A DNA stretch of 64,000 bases from Antedon mediterranea (lineage: Eukaryota; Animalia; Echinodermata), in contig NC_092671.1 of the NCBI RefSeq assembly GCF_964355755.1, positions 5,456,001-5,520,000 on the forward strand. Reading direction: 5' to 3'. How positions within the stretch are numbered: position 1 is the first letter of the stretch; each line of letters starts with the position of its first letter. Under the pieces are notes generated by a model, which was not told the origin of the DNA, searched no databases, and saw only the letters and a list, made by a program, of their open reading frames with translations. A program made the position numbers and the translations under genes. Shown here in pieces: positions 29,225 through 42,758 of this stretch.

Positions 29225-30253
29225 GCAAGACATCCCGACATTTCCACCCCTTGATGTTTTATGCTTGAAACAGAAATTGACACCATTATCAATTCAATGC
29301 TTTTATGTGTTTAATTAATTTATATCAGAACTACCTTTTAATTACACATAAACATAAAGATTTAAATAAATTATTTAAAAAAATTAAAGATATACTGTAT
29401 GTGGTGTGTATATATAAATAACAAGGCACATAATAAATTCCAATTTATTTTAATGTATTTAGGTGACTAATTGGGTCGAGCTCTGGTCTTGCTTGGTCTT
29501 CCTTTCGTTCACTTTTACCTTTGTTATAAAAAATACATAGACAAACTAAGGTATTTATATCAATTGTGTATGTATTTTTTTGGTTTAACATAAAGTAATA
29601 ATTTTCCAGTTGATAAATAAATCTGTTTACGGCGGCGTTTTTTGTAAGAAATAGTTCTTGTTTAAACCTAAATCTAAACCTAAACTTCTGTAAAATTATG
29701 GTGTTTAATAATATAAATTAACATCAATTTTAAAACTGTAGTGATTACCGACGAAACTGTAAACACGAAACTGTGTTGGAAGTTTACAGAAAGGTGAGGA
29801 TGTGATTGCAAAAAAAATACATATTATTAAACTATATCGGATAGGAGTAAACAGAAATTAAGGTACAGTAGCTACTATTTGTGTGTAAATCCGCCTATTG
29901 CTCAATATATTTGTGTTGAAAAAAATATTTAAAGATATACGGAGTACAAATCTATCATTATCATAAATTAGTATTATTCTGCTTAATTGTTTATTCTTCA
30001 TCATTTGAAGAAATGGAAAATTTTTAATATTTATTATCTACATAACTTGCAAGTTATATCTATTATTTATAAATATGGGACTAATATTATTACCAATCTC
30101 CGTGTCAAATATTGAGATAGTTAAGTTGGAGCAGGTGTGTATTAGCCTTTCAACATCGCGCTTAAAGTTAAATTGTAATGCATTCAATAGGTAATATTAT
30201 TCTCCGTATATCTTTATAATTATCCGCTAAAAATAGATATACAAATTAAACAA

Positions 30254-31777
30254 CTAGAATTTAATTCGTCACTTTGACGAATTATAGGTGATCATTGTTA
30301 TCATTTTAATGAAATTAACATTTTTTAAACATGCATGTACGTTAACATACGATCGTAAAAAGTTGATGTACGCCATCCTATGACATGATGCATAATCTTA
30401 TATCGCTGAGTTGTGCCTATTATATGCCATATACAATATGTACAGTATATACTGTATATCTATACACAGTGTAGCATAGGTGAAATTACGGGACACACAT
30501 CATGTTCTAATTTTTTGGTATGATGGAATTATCAAAATAAACTCAAAGATGACAATTTCGAAAGATAATAAATTGAGCAAATAAATATAAGAATTGGAAG
30601 AGAATCTGGCACGTAGAAGCGCTGTGCGCGCTCTTTGAAATTTGTATAACTTTGACGAAAAAGATGAAAAAACTACTTTTTAACTTCATCTGGCCATATG
30701 TTAACGTCACAACATCTGATACGCTTGGTTTTTATATGAATTCATATCTACATTTCATCAGCTTTCATAATAAATTATAATCGTCAAGGTAACCTTCAAT
30801 TCTGAAGAGCTGTAAAATATTCAAATTTACGGCGAAGGTGAAATTACACGACCTACGTTATTCAAGTTTTTACGCGTGATGACGTCATCAAAATGACAAC
30901 ACTGACAACTTATGAGAAAGATAAATAATTAAGCAAGCACACACTGAAATTTGTGCGAAAATCGAGGTCAAATAGCGGAGATGCGCTCTATTGAATGTGA
31001 TAACCTAAACAAAACGGAAAAAAATCCTAATTGTTAAATTCAAGTGGCCATTTGATGACGTAATACCATTTTTTACGTCTAATGTGTATATACATTTATA
31101 TCTACAACTCAATGGCTTCACGAATAAGTTAAAAAACTTAGGTGTCATCGTGCATTCTGAAGAGTTATTTTCATTTTAAAAAAGACATATTTTTCACCAT
31201 TTTCAGAACTTTTGTGAAATAAATGTGCGCATTTTGTCATTTTTAACGTGCTCGTATAGCGTTATTTTAAGTCGGAATGGACTCAAGATCAGTGAATGTA
31301 CTAAGGATTGTGAGTAGAATGCGATTTGTAAAAAAAAATTGCAATTTTTACGCTTTGTAAGTATCGCGCGCGCAAAATATTTTTTTTGCGCAGTAATTTT
31401 TTGAAACACGCAATTGGCCTAATTCATGCTCTAAATTGATTAAAACGTAATTTTGAGCTTTTTAAATTTTTATTGCGCGATTCCACACGCTTTACCCTAC
31501 GTGCGCGTGCGTTTTTATTTGCTAATATTTTTACTCTTGACCTGAAGTTTACGTGTAGTGAATTTCATAAATATGTGATAATCAATTATGGACATATGAT
31601 TGATAATGTGATTTCACAAAATGGCGTATACGTGACGTCACGGGTGAGAGATCACGCTGAAAAGCTTATTATGGCTAAGTTAAAGTATTTGAAAGACATT
31701 GTGAAATTTTTGTGATCATTGCTATTCAACTTTTTGAGATATTTGATGAACAAAAAGTGTACAGAAAGAAGAATAAC
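30254..31777 (-). mobile_element. Subfamily A HINE-like element, body; host of the nested array (remainder at 46058-46119)
   Basis: Homologous to the reverse complement of 23405-24973 up to tgtacagaaagaagaataa. The missing aataataaagattttgtacaataacaataggtgatcattttattctaaatgatcacctaa is found at 46058-46119. Confidence 0.9.
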
Positions 31778-33385
31778 AACTAGACATGTAACTCGTCACT
31801 TTGACGAGTTTGGTTATCCGCCGCGCAAGTGGTGCAACATTAGCATTAAGGGGATAGGTTGAGGACAAAAGGAAGTGTTCACGTTGGCATTATGACCTGA
31901 ACTGAAGAATATGATATGTTGTTATTGCTGAATTTTATTATTTAAATTCATATATAGTATACACAGTATAATCTGTATCCATATCACATACAGTGACATA
32001 CAGTGTAGAATAGGTGAAATTACGGGACCCGCTATTTATTGCAATTTTTAACATGTTGACGGTTTTAAAATGAAACGCGAAGGTAGCAATTCCGAAAGGA
32101 AATTATCTCAGCAACAACGTATTAGCGTGTAGAAGAAATTTGAATACGTGAAATATTGATGCGCGCTCTTTTAAATGTAATGAATTATGACGCAAAAGAT
32201 GAAAATACGACCTTTTTTATTTAACTGGCCATATGATGACGTCACAACATCCGATGGGCAACATTTTTACATAATTTCGTATCTACAATCCAATAGCTTC
32301 CAGAAAAAGTTTTAATCGTGATTATCACATTTTATTCTTACGAGCTATAACAGATTAAAATTTACTGTAAAGATGAAATTGATGCCACACGTGATTTAAA
32401 TTTTTAGGCATGATGACGTCAAAAAAATTAAAATATTTTTAACTCATGCGAAAGATAGTTGATTGACCTAGACAATATCAAAATCGGGGTGAAAATGGAA
32501 AACGAATAAGTGGAGATGCGCTCTATTCAATGTGATGAGCTATGACGAAAGATACAAAAATCCTAAATTTTATATTCGCGTGGCCATACGATGACGTCAC
32601 AATGTCCGGTTAGCCATATTAATACCTGATCCGATACCTACAACTCATCTACTTCCAGAATATGTCATCCACAAAAAGTTGACCGTTTAGTTTAGAAATT
32701 ACGACTGTTTAAAAAAAGGCATATTTTAAACGAATTTTTTAACCTTTTCATAAAAAACGCGTGCAAATTGTCCAATTCGACGTGCTCGTATGACGTATCT
32801 TTAAGTCGAAATTGTTTAAAATTTGATAAAATTACTAGAAAAGGCTGGAAAAACGTAAATCACGCAAAAAAAATACGTTTTCAATGCTACGTGCGCACCG
32901 CACACGTAAAAATGTGCGCACGCGTGGGAATTTTTGACATGCTTAAAACGACATGAAACGCGTAGAAAGTTGATTATAAATTAATTTTGCGCATTTTGAA
33001 ATTTTAAATGCGCGTGTGCGCGTAACTTTGTGTAAAACACGCAATTTTTTTTCAACAGAAAGTTAGCGCATGATATAAATTAAACTTTTGCAAAGTTTCA
33101 CTTTAAAATGTTATTTGGTTTTCGACATATGTTAAATACGAGAAAATCGTTAAATCGCGCGTACGTCACGTTGCGCAATTGTAAACATCATGAAAAGCTT
33201 CGCTTGACGACGTTACATACATGTCAAAATGTTAACATAGTAAACAAAATGTTATGTTTGCAAGTTTTAGAGAAAAGCGTTACACAAAAATCATACAGAA
33301 AGAAAGAAGATTAAGAAAAAGATGTTGATGATGATGATTTCGTACAATCACAAGAGGTTATCCTGCAACTTCGTTGCGGATAACC
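31778..33385 (-). mobile_element. HINE-like element, subfamily B, complete (unit B1)
   Basis: aactagacatgtaactcgtcactttgacgagtttggttatccg ... (gat)n ttcgtacaatcacaagaggttatcctgcaacttcgttgcggataacc. Confidence 0.88.
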
Positions 33386-34910
33386 AACTAGACATGTAAC
33401 TCGTCACTTTGACGAGTTTGGTTATCCGCCGCGCAAGTGGTGCAACATTAACATTAAGGGGATAGGTTGAGGACAAAAGGAAGTGTTCACGTTGGCATTA
33501 TGACCTGAACTGAAGAATATGATATGTTGTTATTGCTGAATTTTATTATTTAAATTCATATATAGTATACACAGTCTAATCTGTATCCATATCACATACA
33601 GTGTAGAATAGGTGAAATTACGGGACCCGCTATTTATTGCAATTTTTAACATGTTGACGGTTTTAAAATGAAACGCGAAGGTAGCAATTCCGAAAGTAAA
33701 TTATCTCAGCAACAACGTATTAGCGTGTAGAAGAAATTTGAATACGTGAAATATTGATGCGCGCTCTTTTAAATGTAATGAATTATGACGCAAAAGATGA
33801 AAATACGACCTTTTTTATTTAACTGGCCATATGATGACGTCACAACATCCGATTGGCAACATTTTAACATAATTTCGTATCTACAATCCAATAGCTTCCA
33901 GAAAAAGTTTTAATCGTGATTATCACATTTTATTCTTACGAGCTATAACAGATTAAAATTTACTGTAAAGATGAAATTGATGCCACACGTGATTTCAATT
34001 TTTAGGCATGATGACGTCATAAAAATTAAAATATTTTTCACTCATGCGAAAGATAGTTGATTGACCTAGACAATATCAAAATCGGGGTGAAAATGAAAAA
34101 CGGATAAGTGGAGATGCGCTCTATTCAATGTGATGAGCTATGACGAAAGATACAAAAATCCTAAATTTTATATTCGCGTGGCCATACGATGACGTCACAA
34201 TGTCCGGTTAGCCATATTAATACCTGATCCGATATCTACAACTCATCTACTTCCAGAATATGCCATCCACAAAAAGTTGACCGTTTAGTTTAGAAATTAC
34301 GACTGTTTAAAAAAAGGCATATTTTAAACGAATTTTTTAACCTTTTCATAAAAAACGCGCGCAAATTGTCCAATTCGACGTGCTCGTATGACGTATCTTT
34401 AAGTCGAAATTGTTAAAAATTTGGTAAAATTACATGAAAAGGCTGGAAAAACATAAATCACGCGAAAAAAATACGTTTTCAATGCTACGTGCGCACCGCA
34501 CACGTAAAAATGTGCGCACGCGTGGGAATTTTTTACATGCTTAAAACGACATGAAACGCGTAGAAAGTTGATTATAAATTAGTTTCGCGCATTTTGAAAT
34601 TTTAAATGCGCGTGCGCGCGTAACTTTGTGTAAAACACGCAATTTTTTTTCAACAGAAAGTTAGCGCATGATATAAATTAAACTTTTGCAAAGTTTCAAG
34701 TTGAAATGTTATTTGGTTTTCGACATATGTTAAATACGAGAAAATTGTTAAATCGCGCGTACGTCACGTTGCGCAATTGTAAACATCATGAAAAGCTTCG
34801 CTTGACGACGTTACATAAATGTCAAAATGTTAACATAGTTAACAAAATGTTATGTTTGCAAGTTTCAGAGAAAAGCGTTACACAAAAATCATACAGAAAG
34901 AAAGAAGAAG
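33386..34910 (-). mobile_element. HINE-like subfamily B body (B2), interrupted; end at 45979-46057
   Basis: B-type start, stops in the (gaa)n microsatellite. Confidence 0.85.
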
Positions 34911-36497
34911 AACTAGACATGTAACTCGTCACTTTGACGAGTTAGTTATCCGCACGACAAACGCCACGTGCACGTCATACGTTGTAATATTGCACAGAGA
35001 AAAGGATTATGGCATTATGACCTGAACTGAAGAATATGATATGTTGTTAGTGCTGAATTCTGTCAATTTTGTGTCATATAGTATATAATAGTATAAATAT
35101 GTATACATACATACAGTGTAAAATAAGTGAAATTATGGGACCTCCCATTTATTGCAATTTTTAACATGTTGACGGTTTGAAAATGAAACGCGAAGGTAGC
35201 AATTTTGGAAGGAAATTATCTCAGCAACAACATATTAACGTGTAGAAGAAATTAGAATACGTTAAATATTAATGCTCGCTCTTTTAAATGTAATGAATTA
35301 TGACGGAAAAAATGAAAATACAACAATTTTTATTTAACTGGCCATATGATGACGTCACAACATCCGATTGGCAACATGTTCAAATGAATTCGTATCTACA
35401 ATCCAGTAGCTTCCAGAAAACGTTTTAATCGTGATTATCACATTTTATTCTTACGAGCTATAACAGATTAAAATTTACTGTAAAGATGAAATTAATGACC
35501 CACGTAATTTAAATTTTTAGGCATGATGACGTCATAAAAATTAAAATATTTTTAACTAATGCTAAAGATAGTTGATTGACCTAGATAATATCAAAATCGG
35601 GGTGAAAATGGAAAACGGATAAGTGGAGATACGCTCTATTAAATGTGATGAGCTATGACGAAAGATATAAAAATCCTAAATTTCATATTCGCGTGGCCAT
35701 ACGATGACGTCACAAAGTCCGGTTAGCCATATTAATGCATGATCTGATATCTACAACTCATCAACTTCCAGAATATGTAATAAAAATAATTGTTACCGTT
35801 TAGTTTAGAAACTACGATTGTTTAAAAAAAGGCATAATTTTGACGAATTTTAGAAGTTTTTCATCAAAAAAGCGCGCAAATTATCTTATTCTACGTGCTC
35901 GTATGACGTAATTTGAAGTCGAAATTGTTTAAAAGTTGGTAAAATTACTAGAAAAGGCTGCAAAAACATAAATCACTCGAAAAAATTACGTTTTTATCGC
36001 TGCGTGTGCACCGCGCGCGTAAAAATTTGCGCACGTGTGGGAATTTTTGACATGCTCAAAATGACATGAAACGCGTAGAAAGTTGATTAGAAATTGATTT
36101 TTCGCATTTTAAAATTTTAAACGAGCGTGCGCGCGTAACTTCGTGTAAAACATGCATTTTTTTGTCCACAAAAAGTTAGAGCACAATATAAATTAGACAT
36201 TTGCTAAGTTTAAATTTAAATTGTTATATGGTTTTCGATCTATGTTAAATACGCCAAATTCATAAAAACGCGCGTAAGTCATGTTGCGCAACTCTGATGT
36301 CATTCAAAAATAGGAAAGCACAACTTCACGTGATTGCCCATATGTTGACAAAGTTATAAAATGTTAACTTTACACGTTTTAGAGATACGCTCTGCACAAA
36401 AATGGCAGAAAGAAAGAAGAATAATACAGAAAAAAAAAAAAAAAAAGATGATGAAACAGGACAGTTACAAGGAGTTATCCGCTGAGTGCGGATAACT
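34911..36497 (-). mobile_element. HINE-like element, subfamily C, complete (C3)
   Basis: aactagacatgtaactcgtcactttgacgagttagttatccgcacgac ... acaggacagttacaaggagttatccgctgagtgcggataact. Confidence 0.88.
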
Positions 36498-38023
36498 AAC
36501 TAGACATGTAACTCGTCACTTTGACGAGTTTGGTTATCCGCCGCGCAAGTGGTGCAACATTAACATTAAGGGGATAGGTTGAGGACAAAAGGAAGTGTTC
36601 ACGTTGGCATTATGACCTGAACTGAAGAATATGATATGTTGTTATTGCTGAATTTTATTATTTAAATTCATATATAGTATACACAGTATAATCTGTATCC
36701 ATATCACATACAGTGTAGAATAGGTGAAATTACGGGACCCGCTATTTATTGCAATTTTTTAACATGTTGACGGTTTAAAAATGAAACGCGAAGGTAGCAA
36801 TTCCGAAAGGAAATTATCTCAGCAACAACGTATTAGCGTGTAGAAGAAATTTGAATACGTGAAATATTGATGCGCGCTCTTTTAAATGTAATGAATTATG
36901 ACGCAAAAGATGAAAATACGACCTTTTTTATTTAACTGGCCATATGATGACGTCACAACATCCGATTGGCAAAATTTTTACATAATTTCGTATCTACAAT
37001 CCAATAGCTTCCAGACAAAGTTTTAATCGTGATTATCACATTTTATTCTTACGAGCTATAACAGATTAAAATTTACTGTAAAGATGAAATTAATGCCACA
37101 CGTGATTTAAATTTTTAGGCACGATGACGTCAAAAAAATTAAAATATTTTTAACTCATGCGAAAGATACTTGATTGACCTAGACAATATCAAAATCGGGG
37201 TGAAAATGGAAAACGGATAAGTGGAGATGCGCTCTATTCAATGTGATGAGCTATGACGAAAGATACAAAAATCCTAAATTTTATGTTCGCGTGGCCATAC
37301 GATGACGTCATAATGTCCGGTTACCCATATTAATACCTGATCCGATATCTACAACTCATCTACTTCCAGAATATGTCATCCACAAAAATTTGACCGTCTA
37401 GTTTAGAAATTACGACTGTTTAAAAAAAGGCATATTTTAAACGAATTTTTTAACCTTTTCATAAAAAACGCGCGCAAATTGTCCAATTCGACGTGCTCGT
37501 ATGACGTATCTTTAAGTGGAAATTGTTTAAAATTTGGTAAAATTACTAGAAAAGGCTGAAAAAACATAAATCACGCAAAAAAAATACGTTTTCAATGCTA
37601 CGTGCGCACCGTACACGTAAAAATGTGCGCACGCGTGGGAATTTTTGACATGCTCAAAACGACATGAAACGCGTAGAAAGTTGATTAGAAATTAATTTTG
37701 CGCATTTTGAAATTTTAAATGCGCGTGCGCGCGTAACTTTGTGTAAAACACGCAATTTTTTTTCAACAGACAGTTAGCGCATGATATAAATTAAACTTTT
37801 GCAAAGTTTCATTTTAAAATGTTGTTTGGTTTTCGACATATGTTAAATACGAGAAAATCGTTAAATCGCGCGTACGTCGCGTTGCGCAATTGTAAACATC
37901 ATGAAAAGCTTCGCTTGACGACGTTACGTGAATGTCAAAATGTTAACATAGTTAACAAAATGTTATGTTTGCAAGTTTTAGAGAAAAGCGTTACACAAAA
38001 ATCATACAGAAAGAAAGAAGATG
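36498..38023 (-). mobile_element. HINE-like subfamily B body (B4), interrupted; end at 45918-45978
   Basis: B-type start, stops at aagaaagaagatg. Confidence 0.85.
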
Positions 38024-39598
38024 AACTAGACATGAAACTCGTCACTTTGACGAGTTAGTTATCCGCACGACAAACGCCACGTGCACGTCATACGTTGGAA
38101 TATTGCACACAGAAAAAGATTATGGCATTATGACCTGAACTGATGAATATGATAATGTTGTTAGTGCTGAATTCTGTTATTTTGTGTCATAGTATACACA
38201 GTATAATCTGTATACATATCACATACAGTGAAGAATAGGTGAAATTACGGGACCCGCTCTTTATTCCAATTTTTAACATGGCGACGGTATCAAAATGAAA
38301 CACTAAGATAGCAAATTCGGAAGGAAAGTATATCAGCAAGCACATATTAATGTGTAGAAGAAATTTAAATACGTAAAATATAGATGCGCGCTCTTTTAAA
38401 TGTGATGAACTATTACGCAAAATATGAAAATATGACTTTTTTTATTCAGCTGGCCATATGATGACGTCACAACATCCGATTGGCAAAATGTTTACATGAT
38501 TTCGTATCTACAATCCAATAGCTTCCAGAAAACGTTGTAATCATGATTATCACTTTTTATTCTGACGAGCTATAACAGATTAAAATTTACTGTAAAGATG
38601 AAAATATGTGACCCAGGATATTTACATTTTTAGACATTATGACGTCATAAAAATTAAAATATTTTTAACTCATGCGAAAGAAAATTGATTGACCTAGACA
38701 ATATAAAAATCAAAGTGAAAATGAAAAACGGATAAGTGGAGATGCGCTCTATTAAATGTGATAAGCTATGACGAAAGATACAAAAATCCTATACTTTATA
38801 TTCGTGTGGCCATAAGATGACGTTACAATGTCTGGTTAGCCATATTAAAGCATGATCCGATATCTACAACTCATCAACTTCCAGAATATGTAATAAAAAT
38901 AATTGTTACCGTTTTGTTTAGAAACTACGACTGTTTAAAAAAATGCATTTTTTTGACGAATTTGTTAACTTTTTCATCAAAAACGCGCACAAATTATCCA
39001 ATTCGGCGTGCTCGTATGACATAATTTTAAGTCGAAATTGTTTAAAAGTTGGTAAAATTACTAGAAAAGGCTGAAAAAACATAAATCACGTGGAAAAAGT
39101 ATGTTTTTAACGCTACGTGCGCACCGCGCCCGTAAAAATTTGCGCATGCGTGGGAATTTTTGACATGCTCAAAATGACAAGAAACGCGTAGAAAATTGAT
39201 TAGAAATTGATTTTTCGCATTTTAAAATTTTAAACGCGCGTGCGCGCGTAACTTCTTGTAAAGCATGCCATTTTTTGTGCACAAAAAGTTTGCCCTTGAT
39301 ATGACTTAAATTTTCACAAAGTGTAAAAAAAAAATTACGCTTGGTTTTAAATCTATGATCAATTTAAAAAAATCATAAAATCATGCGTAAGTCACGTTGC
39401 GTAACTATGACGTCATTCAAAAATAGGAGGTGCACAACTTCACGTAAATGCCCATATGTTGACAAAGTTATGAAATGTTATGTTTACCCATTTTAGAGAT
39501 ACGCTCTGCACAAAAAGTGAGGGAGAAAGACTGAAGAATAATGAAAAAAAAAAGACACAGGACAGTTACAAGGAGTTATCCGCTAAATGCGGATAACT
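38024..39598 (-). mobile_element. HINE-like element, subfamily C variant, complete (C5)
   Basis: C-type start, ends agttatccgctaaatgcggataact. Confidence 0.88.
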
Positions 39599-41126
39599 AA
39601 CTAGACATGTAACTCGTCACTTTGACGAGTTTGGTTATCCGCCGCGCAAGTGGTGCAACATTAACATTAAGGGGATAGGTTGAGGACAAAAGGAAGTGTT
39701 CACGTTGGCATTATGACCTGAACTGAAGAATATGATATGTTGTTATTGCTGAATTTTATTATTTAAATTCATATATAGTATACACAGTATAATCTGTATC
39801 CATATCACATACAGTGTAGAATAGGTGAAATTACGGGACCCGCTATTTATTGCAATTTTTTAACATGTTGACGGTTTTAAAATGAAACGCGAAGGTAGCA
39901 ATTCCGAAAGGAAATTATCTCAGCAACAACGTATTAGCGTGTAGAAGAAATTTGAATACGTGAAATATTGATGCGCGCTCTTTTAAATGTAATGAATTAT
40001 GACGCAAAAGATGAAAATACGACCTTTTTTATTTAACTGGCCATATGATGACGTCACAACATCCGATTGGCAAAATTTTTACATAATTTCGTATCTACAA
40101 TCCAATAGCTTCCAGACAAAGTTTTAATCGTGATTATCACATTTTATTCTTACGAGCTATAACAGATTAAAATTTACTGTAAAGATGAAATTAATGCCAC
40201 ACGTGATTTAAATTTTTAGGCACGATGACGTCAAAAAAATTAAAATATTTTTAACTCATGCGAAAGATACTTGATTGACCTAGACAATATCAAAATCGGG
40301 GTGAAAATGGAAAACAGATAAGTGGAGATGCGCTCTATTCAATGTGATGAGCTATGACGAAAGATACAAAAATCCTAAATTTTATGTTCGCGTGGCCATA
40401 CGATGACGTCATAATGTCCGGTTACCCATATTAATACCTGATCCGATATCTACAACTCATCTACTTCCAGAATATGTCATCCACAAAAATTTGACCGTCT
40501 AGTTTAGAAATTACGACTGTTTAAAAAAAGGCATATTTTAAACGAATTTTTTAACCTTTTCATAAAAAACGCGCGCAAATTGTCCAATTCGACGTGCTCG
40601 TATGACGTATCTTTAAGTCGAAATTGTTTAAAATTTGGTAAAATTACTAGAAAAGGCTGAAAAAACATAAATCACGCGAAAAAAATACGTTTTCAATGCT
40701 ACGTGCGTACCGTACACGTAAAAATGTGCGCACGCGTGGGAATTTTTGACATGCTCAAAACGACATGAAACGCGTAGAAAGTTGATTAGAAATTAATTTT
40801 GCGCATTTTGAAATTTTAAATGCGCGTGCGCGCGTAACTTTGTGTAAAACACGCAATTTTTTTTCAACAGACAGTTAGCGCATGATATAAATTAAACTTT
40901 TGCAAAGTTTCATTTTAAAATGTTGTTTGGTTTTCGACATATGTTAAATACGAGAAAATCGTTAAATCGCGCGTACGTCGCGTTGCGCAATTGTAAACAT
41001 CATGAAAAGCTTCGCTTGACGACGTTACGTAAATGTCAATATGTTAACATAGTTAACAAAATGTTATGTTTGCAAGTTTTAGAGAAAAGCGTTACACAAA
41101 AATCATACAGAAAGAAAGAAGATGAA
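39599..41126 (-). mobile_element. HINE-like subfamily B body (B6), interrupted; end at 42700-42758
   Basis: B-type start, stops at aagaaagaagatgaa. Nearly identical to B4. Confidence 0.85.
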
Positions 41127-42699
41127 AACTAGACATGAAACTCGTCACTTTGACGAGTTAGTTATCCGCACGACAAATGCCACGTGCACGTCATACGTTG
41201 GAATATTGCACACGGAAAAAGATTATGGCATTGTGACCTGAACTGAAGAATATGATATGTTTTTATTGCTGAATTCTGTTATTTTGTGTCATATAGTATA
41301 CACAGTATAATCTGTATACATATCACATACAGTGTAGAATAGGTGAAATTACGGGACCCGCTATTTATTCAAATTTTTAACATATTGACGGTTTCAAAAT
41401 GAAACGCGATTGTAGCAATTTCGGAAGGAAATTATCTCAGCAAACAACATATTAACGTTTGGAAGAAATTTGAACACGTGAAATATTGATGCGCGTTCTT
41501 TTAAATGTAATGAACTATGACGCAAAAGATGAAAATACGACTTTTTTTATTTAACTGGCCATATGATGACGTCACAACATCCGATTGGCAAAATGTTTAC
41601 ATGATTTCGTATCTACAATCCAATAGCTTCCAGAAAACATTTTAATTGTGATTATCCCATTTTGTTCTTACGAGCGATAACAGATTAAAATTTACTGTAA
41701 AGATGAAATTAATGACCCAAATAATTAACATTTTTAGGCATGATGACGTTACAAATATTAAAATATTATTAACTCATGCGAAAGGTAGTTGATTGACCTA
41801 GACAATATTAAAATCTCGGAGAAAATGGAATACGGATAAGCGTGATGCGCTCCATTGAATGTGATGAGCAATAACGAAAGAGACAAAAATCCTATATTTT
41901 ATATTCGTGTGGCCATACGATGACGTCAAAATGTCCTGTTAGCCATATTAATGTATGATTTGATATCTACAACTTATCAACTTCCAGAATATGTAATAAA
42001 AATAACTTTCACCGTTTAGTTTAGAAACTACGACTGTTTAAAAAAAGGCATAATTTTGACGATTTTTTTAGCTTTTTGATCAAAAACGCGCGTAAATTTT
42101 CCAATTCGACGTGCTCGTATGACGTAATTTAAAGTCACAAATGGTTTTAAAATGGTAAAATTACTTTAGAAGGCTGGAAAAACATAATTCATGAGAAAAA
42201 AAGATGTTTTTCACGGTACGTGGCCACCGCGCGCGTAAAAAAATGCGTGCACGTGGGAATTTTTGACATGCGCGAAATGTCATGAGTCGTGTAAAAAGTT
42301 GATTAAAAATTAATTTTACGCATTTTGAAACTTTAAATGCGCGTGCGCGCGTAACTTCTTGTAAAACATGCCATTTTTAATCAATAAAAAGTTTGCACTT
42401 GATATGACTTAAATTTTCACAAAGTGTCAAAACTAAATTATGCTTGGTTTTTAGTCTATGAGCAATCATAAAAAATCATAAAATCGCGCGTAAGTCACGT
42501 TGCGCAACTCTGACGTCATTCAAAAATAGGAGGTGCACAACTTCACGTAAATGCCCATATGTTGACAAAGTTATGAAATGTTATGTTTACCCATTTTAGA
42601 GATACGCTCTGCACAAAAAGTGAGGGAGAAAGACAGAAGAATAATATAAAATTGAAACAGGACGATTACAAGGAGTTATCCGCTACTAAGCGGATAACT
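41127..42699 (-). mobile_element. HINE-like element, subfamily C variant, complete (C7)
   Basis: C-type start, ends agttatccgctactaagcggataact, followed directly by a B-type end. Confidence 0.88.
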
Positions 42700-42758
42700 A
42701 AAAAAGATGATTTCGTACAATCACAAGAGGTTATCCTGCAACTTCGTTGCGGATAACC

